Source of the DNA: Bdellovibrionales bacterium
Lineage (GTDB): Bacteria; Bdellovibrionota; Bdellovibrionia; Bdellovibrionales; UBA1609
Direction: 5' to 3'
NCBI GenBank assembly: GCA_963692945.1
Contig: OY843585.1
Span: 1,140,001-1,172,000, forward strand
DNA length: 32,000 bases
Under the pieces are notes generated by a model that worked only from the letters and a program-made list of their open reading frames with translations, ran no database searches and had not been told where the DNA came from. Shown here piece by piece: positions 8,226-18,265 of the stretch. Within the stretch, counting starts at the first letter, position 1, and the number at the start of each line of letters is the position of its first letter. The translations under genes were made by a program, and so were the position numbers.

Positions 8226-9557
8226 TTATTTTGCAGGTTTTAAAATAATATAAGACATCTTTTCAGGGCTTAGATATTTTTTTGAAACCTCTTGAATGTA
8301 TTGTGAAGACAATTGATCCAATTCATCTATATCTGTCCAGATTTTTTTATAGTTTTTATAATCGGACTCATACTCCCATAGAAGGTAAGACCTTGACCCA
8401 TTTCTTTTTAACCGAGAGACCAAATGATTCAACTGGGTGTTTTTCATTTTTTCAAGTTCTCTGTTATTGATAGGTTCTGTAAAAGTTTTTTGAATTTCTT
8501 GCTGAATGACAGATATCACTTCTTGCTCCTTACTCTTATCTAATAAAGTGTAATTGATAAGAAATAAGTTTTCTTGAAGAAGACCCCAAACTTCAGCACT
8601 GACACTAGAGACCAACTTTTTTTCTCTTACTAGTTTTTTATAAAGTCGACTCGACTCCCCTGCTCCTAAAACAGAAGATAATATTTTTAAGGCTGAAGAT
8701 TCTTTTGTTCCACTGGCTCCAACTTTAAAAACCATTCCTACCATATTAGATTGAACATTTTTTTTAAGAGAAACAAAGCGAGATTTTTTTTGTTCCGGCT
8801 CTTTAATAAGAACTTCTTTTGGTATTTCTTGAGGCTCTAAGACTCCAAAATACTGTTCAATAAGTTTTTTTGCTTTTGATTCTGAAAAATTTCCAGATAA
8901 AATAAGGGTAGAATTATTAGGAGAGTAATAAGTTTTATACCATTTTTTTAAATCTTCCAAAGAGTAATCGGCAATGTCTTTTTTATAACCAATGATGGGC
9001 CACCTGTAAGGATGCTTTACAAATAAGGTGTCAAACATAGTTTCTATGAGTTGTCCCATTGGACTGTTATCAATTCTGAGACGACGCTCTTCTTGAACGG
9101 CTTGTCTTTCTTTATCTAAAGTCTCTTGTGTAAAATTTAAATTCACAAACCGATCCGATTCCATATCCAAAATAAGATCTAGTTTTTCACAAGGAAAACT
9201 GGCTTTATAAGCTGTTGCATCATGAGAGGTGAAAGCATTCGTATTTATAATACCATTTTCATTATGGGTTTTTCCAAATTGAGGATATTTTGTTGTCCCT
9301 CTAAACATCAAGTGTTCAAACATATGAGCAATACCTGTTATTCCTTCTCTTTCATGACGACTTCCTGTAGGAATACCTAGCAAGTAACTACATAAATTAG
9401 AGGAACTATCAGAGTTTAAAAGAACTCTCATCCCATTTTTTAACTGATACTTTGTAACAGATAGTTTGATACGAGAAGATAAATTAGCAGATTCACTTAA
9501 AAAAGTCATAAATAATAATAAAAGTAACCCCTTATTTATCAACCCATTTTTTTTCAT
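8226..9557 (-). CDS. M16-family zinc peptidase (HxxEH active site)
   Basis: 443 aa, signal peptide, inverted zincin motif GIAHMFEHLMFRGT. Confidence 0.8.
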   Translation of the reverse strand: MKKNGLINKGLLLLLFMTFLSESANLSSRIKLSVTKYQLKNGMRVLLNSDSSSNLCSYLLGIPTGSRHEREGITGIAHMFEHLMFRGTTKYPQFGKTHNENGIINTNAFTSHDATAYKASFPCEKLDLILDMESDRFVNLNFTQETLDKERQAVQEERRLRIDNSPMGQLIETMFDTLFVKHPYRWPIIGYKKDIADYSLEDLKKWYKTYYSPNNSTLILSGNFSESKAKKLIEQYFGVLEPQEIPKEVLIKEPEQKKSRFVSLKKNVQSNMVGMVFKVGASGTKESSALKILSSVLGAGESSRLYKKLVREKKLVSSVSAEVWGLLQENLFLINYTLLDKSKEQEVISVIQQEIQKTFTEPINNRELEKMKNTQLNHLVSRLKRNGSRSYLLWEYESDYKNYKKIWTDIDELDQLSSQYIQEVSKKYLSPEKMSYIILKPAK

Positions 9558-9681
9558 AAAAAGATTCCAATCAAGTTGTTATTTGGTTACATGTTTCACT
9601 TTTAAAAAAGTAAAGCAAACCTCTTTAAATTTGTCAATTTTTTTTCTATGTCCTTTTCTCTACAATTGGTAGAATCATTTT

Positions 9682-9757
9682 TAGTTCTCGCAATGTCTCT
9701 TAGTTCTCGCAATAAAACACAATGTCACTTAGTTTTCGCAATAAAACACAATGTCAC
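9682..9757 (+). repeat. Tandem 29-bp direct repeats in the divergent M16 / PhoH2 promoter region
   Basis: tagttctcgcaataaaacacaatgtcac at 9701-9728 and tagttttcgcaataaaacacaatgtcac at 9730-9757, plus a partial copy tagttctcgcaatgtc at 9682-9697. Confidence 0.8.
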
Positions 9758-9822
9758 AAAGAGTAAATAACTTTTTTCTTTCTTTATGAAAAAAGAAAAG
9801 ATTTAATAAAATCTGAAGTGTC

Positions 9823-11136
9823 ATGATTTTAAAAGAGCATTGGAATAATAAAGTCGTCCTTGATACAAGTGTTGTCCTCTATGACGCTTTATCTTTAAAT
9901 GCTTTTAAAGAGACAGACATTCACATTCCTCTCCCTGTTATAGAAGAAATTGACCGTTTTAAAAGAGATATGGGCGAAAATGGGCGAAATGCTCGTCATT
10001 TTAGTCGTTTTATGGATACCTTAAGAAGCCAAGGCTCTCTAACAAATGGAGTCCCTTTAAAATCAGGCTCTTATGTCTATGTCAATATGTCCACTATTTC
10101 TGAAGACTTCACAGATTTAGATAACAGCAAAACAGACAATCGTATTTTAGGAACTGCTCTTTTACTTCAAAGACAATTTCCAAGTTCTAAAGTTGAGCTG
10201 ATTAGTAAGGACATCAATTTACGAGTTAAATCGGATGTCTTTGGTATTGCCAGTAAAGATTATGATCCAGACCGTGTGGCCTCGGTTGAAGATATGTACA
10301 CAGGCATTAGGCATATTGATATTGAGATAGATCGTATCAATAAATTTTTTCAAGAAGGTTCTTTAGACATAGGGACAGAAAAATTTTATGCCAATCAATA
10401 TGTCGTTATGAAGTGTCAGGATAAAACGGCTTTAGGTCGTTATGATAAAAAGCAAAACAAAGTTGTAGCTCTTGTCCAATCCGATATTCCTGTGTGGAGA
10501 GTGCATCCTCGTAACTCCGAACAAAGTTTTGCTTTTGATGCTCTATTCAATGATGATATTTTATTTGTTTCTTTAGTGGGAAAGGCTGGAACAGGGAAAA
10601 CATTATTGGCTCTGGCTGCTGGTTTATTTAAAACAATGGATGAAGGTCGTTACAAAAGACTCTTGGTCAGTCGCCCCATTTTCCCTATGGGACGAGATAT
10701 TGGTTATCTACCAGGAGATTTAGAACAAAAACTAAACCCTTGGATGCAACCCGTTTTTGATAGTTTAGAATTTATTATGGGTATGGGTAAAAAAGCCTCC
10801 CATTTGACTCAAGATTTAATTGACCAAGGGTTATTAAATATTGAACCTCTCGCTTACATTAGAGGTCGCAGTATCCCTCGCCAGTATCTCATTGTTGATG
10901 AAGCACAAAATTTAACACCTCATGAAATTAAAACCATTATAACAAGAGCAGGCACAGGAACAAAAGTTGTTCTCACAGGGGATTGCTATCAAATTGACAA
11001 TCCTTATGTAGATGCATCTAATAGTGGTCTCACTTACTCTGTTGAGAAATTTAAAGGAGAAGAGATTGTAGCCCATGTTACTCTTCAAAAAGGAGAACGA
11101 TCAGAACTTGCAGAGTTAGCCGCTAATCTTTTGTGA
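9823..11136 (+). CDS. PIN domain + PhoH-like ATPase (PhoH2/YlaK family)
   Basis: N-terminal PIN pattern (VVLDTSVVLYD ... DNRILG). Walker A GKAGTGKT. Walker B LIVDEAQN. Confidence 0.85.
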   Translation: MILKEHWNNKVVLDTSVVLYDALSLNAFKETDIHIPLPVIEEIDRFKRDMGENGRNARHFSRFMDTLRSQGSLTNGVPLKSGSYVYVNMSTISEDFTDLDNSKTDNRILGTALLLQRQFPSSKVELISKDINLRVKSDVFGIASKDYDPDRVASVEDMYTGIRHIDIEIDRINKFFQEGSLDIGTEKFYANQYVVMKCQDKTALGRYDKKQNKVVALVQSDIPVWRVHPRNSEQSFAFDALFNDDILFVSLVGKAGTGKTLLALAAGLFKTMDEGRYKRLLVSRPIFPMGRDIGYLPGDLEQKLNPWMQPVFDSLEFIMGMGKKASHLTQDLIDQGLLNIEPLAYIRGRSIPRQYLIVDEAQNLTPHEIKTIITRAGTGTKVVLTGDCYQIDNPYVDASNSGLTYSVEKFKGEEIVAHVTLQKGERSELAELAANLL

Positions 11137-11249
11137 AGATTTGAGAAAGTTTTATTTCTAATAATCTTTTGTGCAGAATGCAAAAACTACAAAGACAAAT
11201 TTTCAAAGAGAAGATTTTCTTCTAAAATTTTTTGTGCAGAATATGAAAA

Positions 11250-12047
11250 CTACAAAATATTAAATTTTATATCAAATTGCTTCTTACTGGCTTTTCTAAG
11301 TTGGCTACATTTGCCGTATCTACGAGAGTCTGAAAACCAATTCAACAAGCCTCCTTTCCGACCAGAATCTTTTGACACATTTAAAGCAGCTTTTAATCTA
11401 GGCCCTTCTAAACGAATTTGTTTTCTTGATTTTAAATTTTCCAAAATCAAATACAATTTATGTTCATTTTCTAGATTTTTAAGTGAATCTATAAACACAT
11501 AAATATTTTCAGAGAATCTAAATGCTTTAGAGCGTGTTTTTTTATTATTTTCAGGCTCTATAAAATCAATCCACATAAATTGACCAGTATTAGATACCTT
11601 ATAACTTCTTTTAACAGGATATTTTATAATATGATCTGAATAGGAAAATGTTTTTAAACCTACCCCTGTAGCTATTTCACCCGTTTTGATATTTTTCATT
11701 TGTAAAGTAATAGAAAAAGAATCACCAGCCCAACTTGTTAAAGTGGCTATTCGCATTTTAGTAGGATCAAAACTCACTCCCCGTCTTTGTTTCCCACTTC
11801 TAATATCAAGAACCAATCCCAAGTTCACTCGCCCTAAAGCAAGGGCTTTTGGATTTGTGCTTTCAAAGAAAGCGTAAGATTGCAAATTGTTTGGACGCTC
11901 ATTATCCATTTCAGAACAAACATGCTTAAAATGCAAAATCTGATTCTTATTAAAAGGCTTAAAGTTCTCTCCAAAAGATTTGTCACTTCCCGAGCTACAA
12001 GCATAAGAAAAAACAGCCAATACAAAAAATAGAATTTTTATTATCAT
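11250..12047 (-). CDS. Hypothetical lipoprotein
   Basis: 265 aa. N-terminus MIIKILFFVLAVFSYAC|SSG resembles a lipobox. No recognisable domain. Confidence 0.6.
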   Translation of the reverse strand: MIIKILFFVLAVFSYACSSGSDKSFGENFKPFNKNQILHFKHVCSEMDNERPNNLQSYAFFESTNPKALALGRVNLGLVLDIRSGKQRRGVSFDPTKMRIATLTSWAGDSFSITLQMKNIKTGEIATGVGLKTFSYSDHIIKYPVKRSYKVSNTGQFMWIDFIEPENNKKTRSKAFRFSENIYVFIDSLKNLENEHKLYLILENLKSRKQIRLEGPRLKAALNVSKDSGRKGGLLNWFSDSRRYGKCSQLRKASKKQFDIKFNIL

Positions 12048-12080
12048 TGGTTCTAATATTAGGGTTTATTTTATAAAAAA

Positions 12081-12192
12081 AGAAGAGATTTTATATGCAA
12101 AATCTAAAAACTATCCTAGAGACTAAGAAAAGTGTGTAAAGAAGAGATTTTTATATGAAAAATCCAAAAACTATCCTAGAGACTAAGAAAAG
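12081..12192 (+). repeat. Tandem ~60-bp direct repeat (2 copies)
   Basis: agaagagatt(t)ttatatg.aaaatc.aaaaactatcctagagactaagaaaag at 12081-12132 and 12140-12192. Confidence 0.8.
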
Positions 12193-12245
12193 CCTTTCTT
12201 AATTTGTTACTAACAAAAGGGTTTATTAGATACTGTAGATCTTCT

Positions 12246-12686
12246 TTATTCTAAATCTCTTGCGTATTGACAAGAAACCTCAAAGGCTTTTTTTATGACA
12301 GGAATAGATTCTTTATTATAGTTTTCTAACTTACGAATCTTACTTACAGCCTGATCCATTTCTTGTATCCAATTTATATAGCCATTAAGAAGATTTATAT
12401 ACTTTTCTTTATTATCTGTGGCCATATATAAGCCTCGCATATAGCCGTGAACATAGACTTCACAGCGTTCAATAAAAGACCTTGTTTTAAAAACAACTGC
12501 AAGAGGAGATATTTTAAAAGATTCTTCAATTTCCTTCCATGCCTGTTGATACCAAACATCGTTTATTTTCGTTGCTTCTATAATATAACTCCCAAAAGAT
12601 TCCAAATCTGGTGGTGTGTTTGAACCGCTTTCATCAGCAAAAGATATCATAGGGATTGCCAAAATTATCAATAGTAAGTGCTTCAT
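12246..12686 (-). CDS. Hypothetical secreted protein
   Basis: 146 aa. Signal-peptide-like N-terminus MKHLLLIILAIPMISFA|DE. Confidence 0.55.
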   Translation of the reverse strand: MKHLLLIILAIPMISFADESGSNTPPDLESFGSYIIEATKINDVWYQQAWKEIEESFKISPLAVVFKTRSFIERCEVYVHGYMRGLYMATDNKEKYINLLNGYINWIQEMDQAVSKIRKLENYNKESIPVIKKAFEVSCQYARDLE

Positions 12687-12833
12687 TTAAATTCCTCCAT
12701 TAATTAGTATAAATCAATATTTCCAAAATAAGATTTGAATACAACGTATCTTCAAATGTAGTGAAACACAAGAATTTTATAAAAAAGTTCTGTTTACAGG
12801 ATAAAGTGGATTTCTTAAGTTGTTAATTTTGTT

Positions 12834-13664
12834 CTAAACAATTATTTCTTTTTCAAATAGATCAAAATTAGATTTATCAATTTTTTTAGGTGTTTGAGAA
12901 TGAGGAGGCTTGCCTTGTATCTGAATAAATGACGAAGAGTTTTTAAAATTACTTGGAAAAATAGCTAGACAATCTCTCCCAGTATAACAGGATCTATATA
13001 CTATACCTGAAATTCCTGAAGATCTAACCAGTTGACCAAAAATTTGTGAATTAGAGGGAAGATCAAAGTCTTTTGTGTGACGTATCCAGTTTTTATTCAT
13101 TATGGATTGATGAATTTCTTTTCTATTTTGAAGAATTCTTAGCTTCGGCTTTAATTTCAATTTCTTACTTTTTTCTTTTAGAGTTTTAGAAAATTTAAAT
13201 TTCTTTAATATTTTAGTAATCCTTGTTAGTTTTTTATAACCTCTTATATCAAATATAAAATCTAGTTTCCCACTAATAAAAATAGAAGAAAAAGAATCTT
13301 TTGTTGATAAAGATAAATCGTAAGTAGACATCTCATTAGAGTTTTTAGAAGATATTTTAGAAAGTAACCCTTCACTTTCAGCTGTTTCTTTGTCCTTTGC
13401 AATGTACAATGCTGAAAACTGAGGAATTAAATTAGGACTCATGTTTCCCATATTAAAACGCCCACCAGACTCTCTTATACTTCCAAGGGTACACAAGGGA
13501 TGATTGCTATAACGCCATTTAACAACTCTACACCAATCCTTAAAAATAAAATCATCCGTAGATTCTGAAAAAAGACTCTCTTTAATATCTTCTAAATGAG
13601 ATTCTCGTTGTTTTGCAAGTTCAAAGTATTCTTCCAAATAGTAGTCACGATGTTTTTCAAGCAT
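12834..13664 (-). CDS. RES-domain toxin (RES family NAD+ phosphorylase-like)
   Basis: R-E-S landmarks: ESGGRFNMGN, ALYIAKDKETAESE, GIVYRS. Located downstream of an Xre/ParS/MbcA-type antitoxin gene. Longer than typical RES proteins because of a Lys-rich insertion. Confidence 0.7.
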   Translation of the reverse strand: MLEKHRDYYLEEYFELAKQRESHLEDIKESLFSESTDDFIFKDWCRVVKWRYSNHPLCTLGSIRESGGRFNMGNMSPNLIPQFSALYIAKDKETAESEGLLSKISSKNSNEMSTYDLSLSTKDSFSSIFISGKLDFIFDIRGYKKLTRITKILKKFKFSKTLKEKSKKLKLKPKLRILQNRKEIHQSIMNKNWIRHTKDFDLPSNSQIFGQLVRSSGISGIVYRSCYTGRDCLAIFPSNFKNSSSFIQIQGKPPHSQTPKKIDKSNFDLFEKEIIV

Positions 13665-13728
13665 ACTTTTAGTGTATTTAATTACGTTAGAATCTGTTTG
13701 TTCTAAGAGATATTCTTTCTGTAATTCT

Positions 13729-14133
13729 TTAATTGGATTTACTTTTTTTTAAGGGTTTGTTTTCAGAAAGAGCATTTCTAATAAATTTAATCAATGCTTT
13801 AGATCTACCAATACGAATCATATCTTTTGGTGTTCGTTCCCCTAAAAAAGGATTAGGAGTAAAAAACCAACGCATAGTTTTATCTTCATCTTCAAAAAAA
13901 TTAGCAACCAAGTTGATAGCTGTAGCCCATTCCCTCATTCGTTCTTTTAGTTCTTGAGGCATTTTTTCATCGTATCTAATAGAAGATAATTTCACTCCTG
14001 AAGATTGAGAAACTTCTTGTTTTTTTAATTCTAGTATTTTAACAACTGCTTCTCCTTTTACATTTTTCCCTTTAAATAAGGAAAGCCTATCTTTAGGGAG
14101 AGTGAATGCTTTATTTGATTGAAATTGAACCAT
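13729..14133 (-). CDS. Xre/MbcA/ParS-type antitoxin (DUF2384-like toxin-binding domain)
   Basis: C-terminal pattern MRWFFTPNPFLGERTPKDMIRIGRSKALIKFI, typical of RES-partner antitoxins. AAGGAGG SD upstream. Confidence 0.7.
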   Translation of the reverse strand: MVQFQSNKAFTLPKDRLSLFKGKNVKGEAVVKILELKKQEVSQSSGVKLSSIRYDEKMPQELKERMREWATAINLVANFFEDEDKTMRWFFTPNPFLGERTPKDMIRIGRSKALIKFIRNALSENKPLKKSKSN

Positions 14134-14423
14134 AAATTCCTCCTTCTTTTTAACTTATCGGATTTTTTTAACATAGATTAAATCTATTTTCCACGCTTTT
14201 CCTTCTTTTTTCCACATTTTTCCTCCATTTTATAGACCTCTGCCATTAAAAAGGTATAAAAATAGCATCTCATTCAAAATAAAACCTTACTTCTTCGCTT
14301 TTTTACTATTCTTATGTTTTTTATAATAATTAAAAATTAAATTTTCTTTATTAGAGAAAAGAGATATTTAAAAAATCTACACCTCTTAGTAATAGCCTAA
14401 AACTACAAAAAAATAATGAAAAA

Positions 14424-17400
14424 CTAATATATTTTAGTATTTAACCAATTCTGTATACATTGACATATTTCATCTTGATGAATTGGTAATAAGGCAGTTT
14501 TAGATTTTACTAATTGAATCAAACTATCAGCTATCTTTTTTGGATTTTCAGATCTTCCAAAGGATAATTGATTCAAAGTTTCTTTCACAATGACCTCCTG
14601 ACTAGAAAGTAAGATAGGAGAATTTTGAAATAGATCAATAAAAAAATCTGAAGTGACACAAATAATACTTTGTAAATTTGAAACAGGCCCTAAAAAGAAT
14701 AATCCTCTTTGAAAACCAAAATGGTTAACTCCATATTGTCCTTCTTTTAATAAAAACATAAGTATCTTATGATCTATTGGTATATAAGTTTGATTTAATT
14801 TTACTAATTCAGCTTTAAATTGGATAGACTTATTAACATCAATAATTTGTTGATTTTCAAAATATCTAACCATATCAAATAGTCTAACTCCTAAAGATTC
14901 AAAATCATTTTTAGCAAGTGTTCTAGAAACTTCATCCTCACATAAAAGAATTATGTTTTTTTCTTCTTTAACCACCAATAATGGATCACAAAATTCTTTT
15001 CCCAGAAGTTTCTCCATTTCATTTATTTTTTCTCTGCTTATTATCAATGAATCACTTATTGATTTAATTTGACAATGATCTTTAGCCCATTGTTTCACTT
15101 TTTTAAGGAAGTCTAAATTTTCTACTATTTTTTCTGGTGAAGTGAAAGATTTTTTTGGCTGCTCATTTTCTCCACCAGGAATAAGCATTAATAACCCATC
15201 TTTAGCATGTAATTTCCTACTTTGTATAAGGTTTTCTAAAGAATCTATTGTAGATTGACATATATAAAGATTAAATTTGTTATTACTTCTCTCTAGATAT
15301 TGTTCTAATTTTATTCCATGAAGTGTAATAAGAGATGATAAATCTATTATCAAGTCACTATAATTATTCAAAACTGTAAGAGAGTTATTGTAATCATCTC
15401 TTTCAGGTTGAGAGGATATGAATTTATCTTTCTTAGATCTAGTTAAATATTCAATTACTTCTATAGGATGTTGATTGATAATTTTCGATATAGCTCCAAT
15501 ACCTATTTCTCCTTTTTTATAATATTGAAATACTTGATTATTCCTTTTTTCTATTTGTGAACTATCTGCCATAAATTGTCTCATCGATTGTAATATATCT
15601 TTAGCTGTTGCATTTTTTGTAATAGAGATGGATTTCATAAAATTATTTGAAGGAAAATTTATATTCATATTGCTTGGAATATCCTGATATTTATAAATAT
15701 ATTTACTTTTTATATCTACGATTTTATACTTTTCGTTTCCAATATCAATTACATCTCCCTTCTTTTTTCCTAATAATTTTTTAGATAACTCATGCCCTGG
15801 AGTAAATATATCTGCTGACTCCTCAATAATAATTTCTCTTTCTGTTTGATTATTTATTTCTTTAATTTTTACATAATAATCTAAATCTACTTTATCACTT
15901 TGAAATAAAATAGAATTTTGCTCTTTAATTTGACCATAAACAGTAACCAATTCAAAATATAATCTTTGTGCTTCTAAGCTTGAAGGATGATTCTTGATAT
16001 TTTGATATTGAATTTTTAAAGCTTTTTTAAAATCCCGTATATGTATATAAGCTATTGAAAGATAGTTTATTTGCTTAACAGATAATTGTTCTAAATTAGT
16101 TATAGAATCTAAAAGTTTTTTAGCTTCTATAACTTTTTGTTCCCTTATATAAGCAAAGATTAATTGTAATTTTATTATGCTATTGTCAGGATTTAAATGA
16201 ATAAATTGTTTACAATAATTTATTGCTTTTTTTCTATTTCCTAAAGTTTCATGGACATGAAATAAAACATCAATAGGCTCTATTCTATTAGGAAATTTTT
16301 TGAATAATTGTTTTGCTAACTCTATAGCCTTTTCATTCTTCCCATTTTCAAAATAAACATGTAATAATTTAAATTTTTCAGGGTGATTCATATTGTTTTC
16401 TGTGATTTTTTCTAATAAAGATTCACACATCCTATACATCTTTGAAAAATACAACTCAAGCACAAGTTGTTGAATATCTCTGATATGAACATTATTTTTT
16501 TTAGACAAACTAATTGCTTCTTTAAGATAGTTATTTTTTTGCTCGATATTTTTTTTATGACTCTCAATTTTAGATTTTAAGATTAAAGTTAATATATTGC
16601 CTCTATCATCTTCAAAAAAAGCATCTAATATCTTTTCTGCTTCATTAAAATCTCCAAAATTGATTAATCTAAATATTAAATATCTTTTTGCTTCGATTCT
16701 ATTATCTTGACTTATAGATTCATCAATAATTATTTTTCTTAATAATTTTTTCCCTTTTTCTTTGTTATCTGTAAAAAAATACAAATCTGCTAATTTTAAA
16801 TTCATTTCAAATGTTTTTTCTTTAATTTTTTCTAATATAATAATACTTTCTTCAATTTTTCCTATTACTTCTAAAAATCTACATAACTCTATTTTTAAGT
16901 CTTTATTTTCAGGAAAAATATCAATTCCCTTATTGATAACTTGAATAGCCTTATCTATCTGTCCATTAATTTCAAGAGATATAGCATAATGTATATACCA
17001 ATATGGATGAAACTTTTTTAATTCATCAAAATCTCTATTTGTAGTTAACTTTTTATAAATATCTATAATTTTTTCTAATTCAGGAATTACACTATCTGGA
17101 GCACATCTTGATGTAAATACCTTATATTTCTCTAAAATGATTTGTAAAGACATTTCTGCATATTCAGATTCTACAATATGATCTTTATTTTTACACGAAA
17201 GTTTTAACCATTTTTCAGCTTGCTCATACTGTTTTTTTCTTATACTAATATGAGCTAATGCATGAATCATCCTATCATTTTCTTTCAAGTCTGCTGGAAT
17301 GCTATCAATAATTTCTTCTAAAGTTTTATCCTCTCTATCCTGAATTTGTACATTAATAATGTAAGCATTTATATTTAACGGATTTAATTCTTTAACTTTT

Positions 17401-18227
17401 TCTATATATTGTTTTGCTTTTTCTATATCATTTCTAATTAGATAACCCATAGCACAATTATAATTAGCATCTTCATCTTCTTTATTAAACTGTAATGCAC
17501 CTATCAATAATTTACATCCTTCCATATTTTCATTCATTTTTATTTTTGCACACCCCATATTAGTTATGACTCTATATTTTTCTTTATCATCTAATATATG
17601 CCATTCTTCTGCTTTAAGTTTTTCTAACTGCTTAAAGGCTGTTTGTGGTTTGTTATCTATTAAATCTTTTATTCTGTTAAGTTCAGAATGAGAACTATTA
17701 CTCTTAATTAAGTTTAGATCTAATTCACTATTCAAATTATATTGAACAGCATTATATTTAGATTTTTTTATGAATTTATCAATACCATAAAATTTTTGAT
17801 ATATTGTAGGATGTTTTTCAAATAAATCTTTTATTTCATCCCAACTATGAATTTCTACAGAAAAAAGATCTTGATTTCGATGTTTTTCAGAAATGATTCT
17901 TGCTTCTTTTTGTATATTTGCATCTCTTTTACAAGTTGTTGCTAAAATAAATTTTTTTAAACTAGGGTCAAAATTTTTTGCTTTTTCTACTTCTTTAAGT
18001 AACTCTTCTTTCTTAATTTTTGAGGTAACCTCTCTTTTTTTGCACTGTATTCCTATATCTTGATCTTGCACAAAAATATCCACACCATCTTGAGATTGAC
18101 CTTGTCTTCCATTTATTTGAGTTTGCTCTCCATACTCTGCTTTATATAACTCCAAACATATTTTTTCAAAAAGACCTCCATCACTAGGAGGAGGAATTTG
18201 TAAGTTAAACAAAAAAAAGCCCTTCAT
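14424..18227 (-). CDS. Large multidomain protein: N-terminal Mrr/restriction-endonuclease-like domain, long TPR-like helical repeat array, GreA/B C-terminal-like domain, C-terminal PIN-like domain
   Basis: aa 15-145: GGLFEKICLELY...GQSQDGVDIFV...IGIQCKKRE...FILATTCK (Mrr_cat-like D...QxK pattern). aa ~190-770: repeated helical-hairpin TPR-like units. aa ~778-842: VDLDYYVKIKE...FTPGHELSKKLLGKKKGDVIDIGNEKYKIVDI (GreA/B C-terminal pattern). aa ~955-1125: LIIDLSSLITL ... QSTIDSLE ... ILLCEDEVS (acidic residues spaced as in PIN folds). Confidence 0.75.
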   Translation of the reverse strand: MKGFFLFNLQIPPPSDGGLFEKICLELYKAEYGEQTQINGRQGQSQDGVDIFVQDQDIGIQCKKREVTSKIKKEELLKEVEKAKNFDPSLKKFILATTCKRDANIQKEARIISEKHRNQDLFSVEIHSWDEIKDLFEKHPTIYQKFYGIDKFIKKSKYNAVQYNLNSELDLNLIKSNSSHSELNRIKDLIDNKPQTAFKQLEKLKAEEWHILDDKEKYRVITNMGCAKIKMNENMEGCKLLIGALQFNKEDEDANYNCAMGYLIRNDIEKAKQYIEKVKELNPLNINAYIINVQIQDREDKTLEEIIDSIPADLKENDRMIHALAHISIRKKQYEQAEKWLKLSCKNKDHIVESEYAEMSLQIILEKYKVFTSRCAPDSVIPELEKIIDIYKKLTTNRDFDELKKFHPYWYIHYAISLEINGQIDKAIQVINKGIDIFPENKDLKIELCRFLEVIGKIEESIIILEKIKEKTFEMNLKLADLYFFTDNKEKGKKLLRKIIIDESISQDNRIEAKRYLIFRLINFGDFNEAEKILDAFFEDDRGNILTLILKSKIESHKKNIEQKNNYLKEAISLSKKNNVHIRDIQQLVLELYFSKMYRMCESLLEKITENNMNHPEKFKLLHVYFENGKNEKAIELAKQLFKKFPNRIEPIDVLFHVHETLGNRKKAINYCKQFIHLNPDNSIIKLQLIFAYIREQKVIEAKKLLDSITNLEQLSVKQINYLSIAYIHIRDFKKALKIQYQNIKNHPSSLEAQRLYFELVTVYGQIKEQNSILFQSDKVDLDYYVKIKEINNQTEREIIIEESADIFTPGHELSKKLLGKKKGDVIDIGNEKYKIVDIKSKYIYKYQDIPSNMNINFPSNNFMKSISITKNATAKDILQSMRQFMADSSQIEKRNNQVFQYYKKGEIGIGAISKIINQHPIEVIEYLTRSKKDKFISSQPERDDYNNSLTVLNNYSDLIIDLSSLITLHGIKLEQYLERSNNKFNLYICQSTIDSLENLIQSRKLHAKDGLLMLIPGGENEQPKKSFTSPEKIVENLDFLKKVKQWAKDHCQIKSISDSLIISREKINEMEKLLGKEFCDPLLVVKEEKNIILLCEDEVSRTLAKNDFESLGVRLFDMVRYFENQQIIDVNKSIQFKAELVKLNQTYIPIDHKILMFLLKEGQYGVNHFGFQRGLFFLGPVSNLQSIICVTSDFFIDLFQNSPILLSSQEVIVKETLNQLSFGRSENPKKIADSLIQLVKSKTALLPIHQDEICQCIQNWLNTKIY

Positions 18228-18265
18228 ACAATATCACCATTGTTCTTGCTAAGATTAATAGTCCT

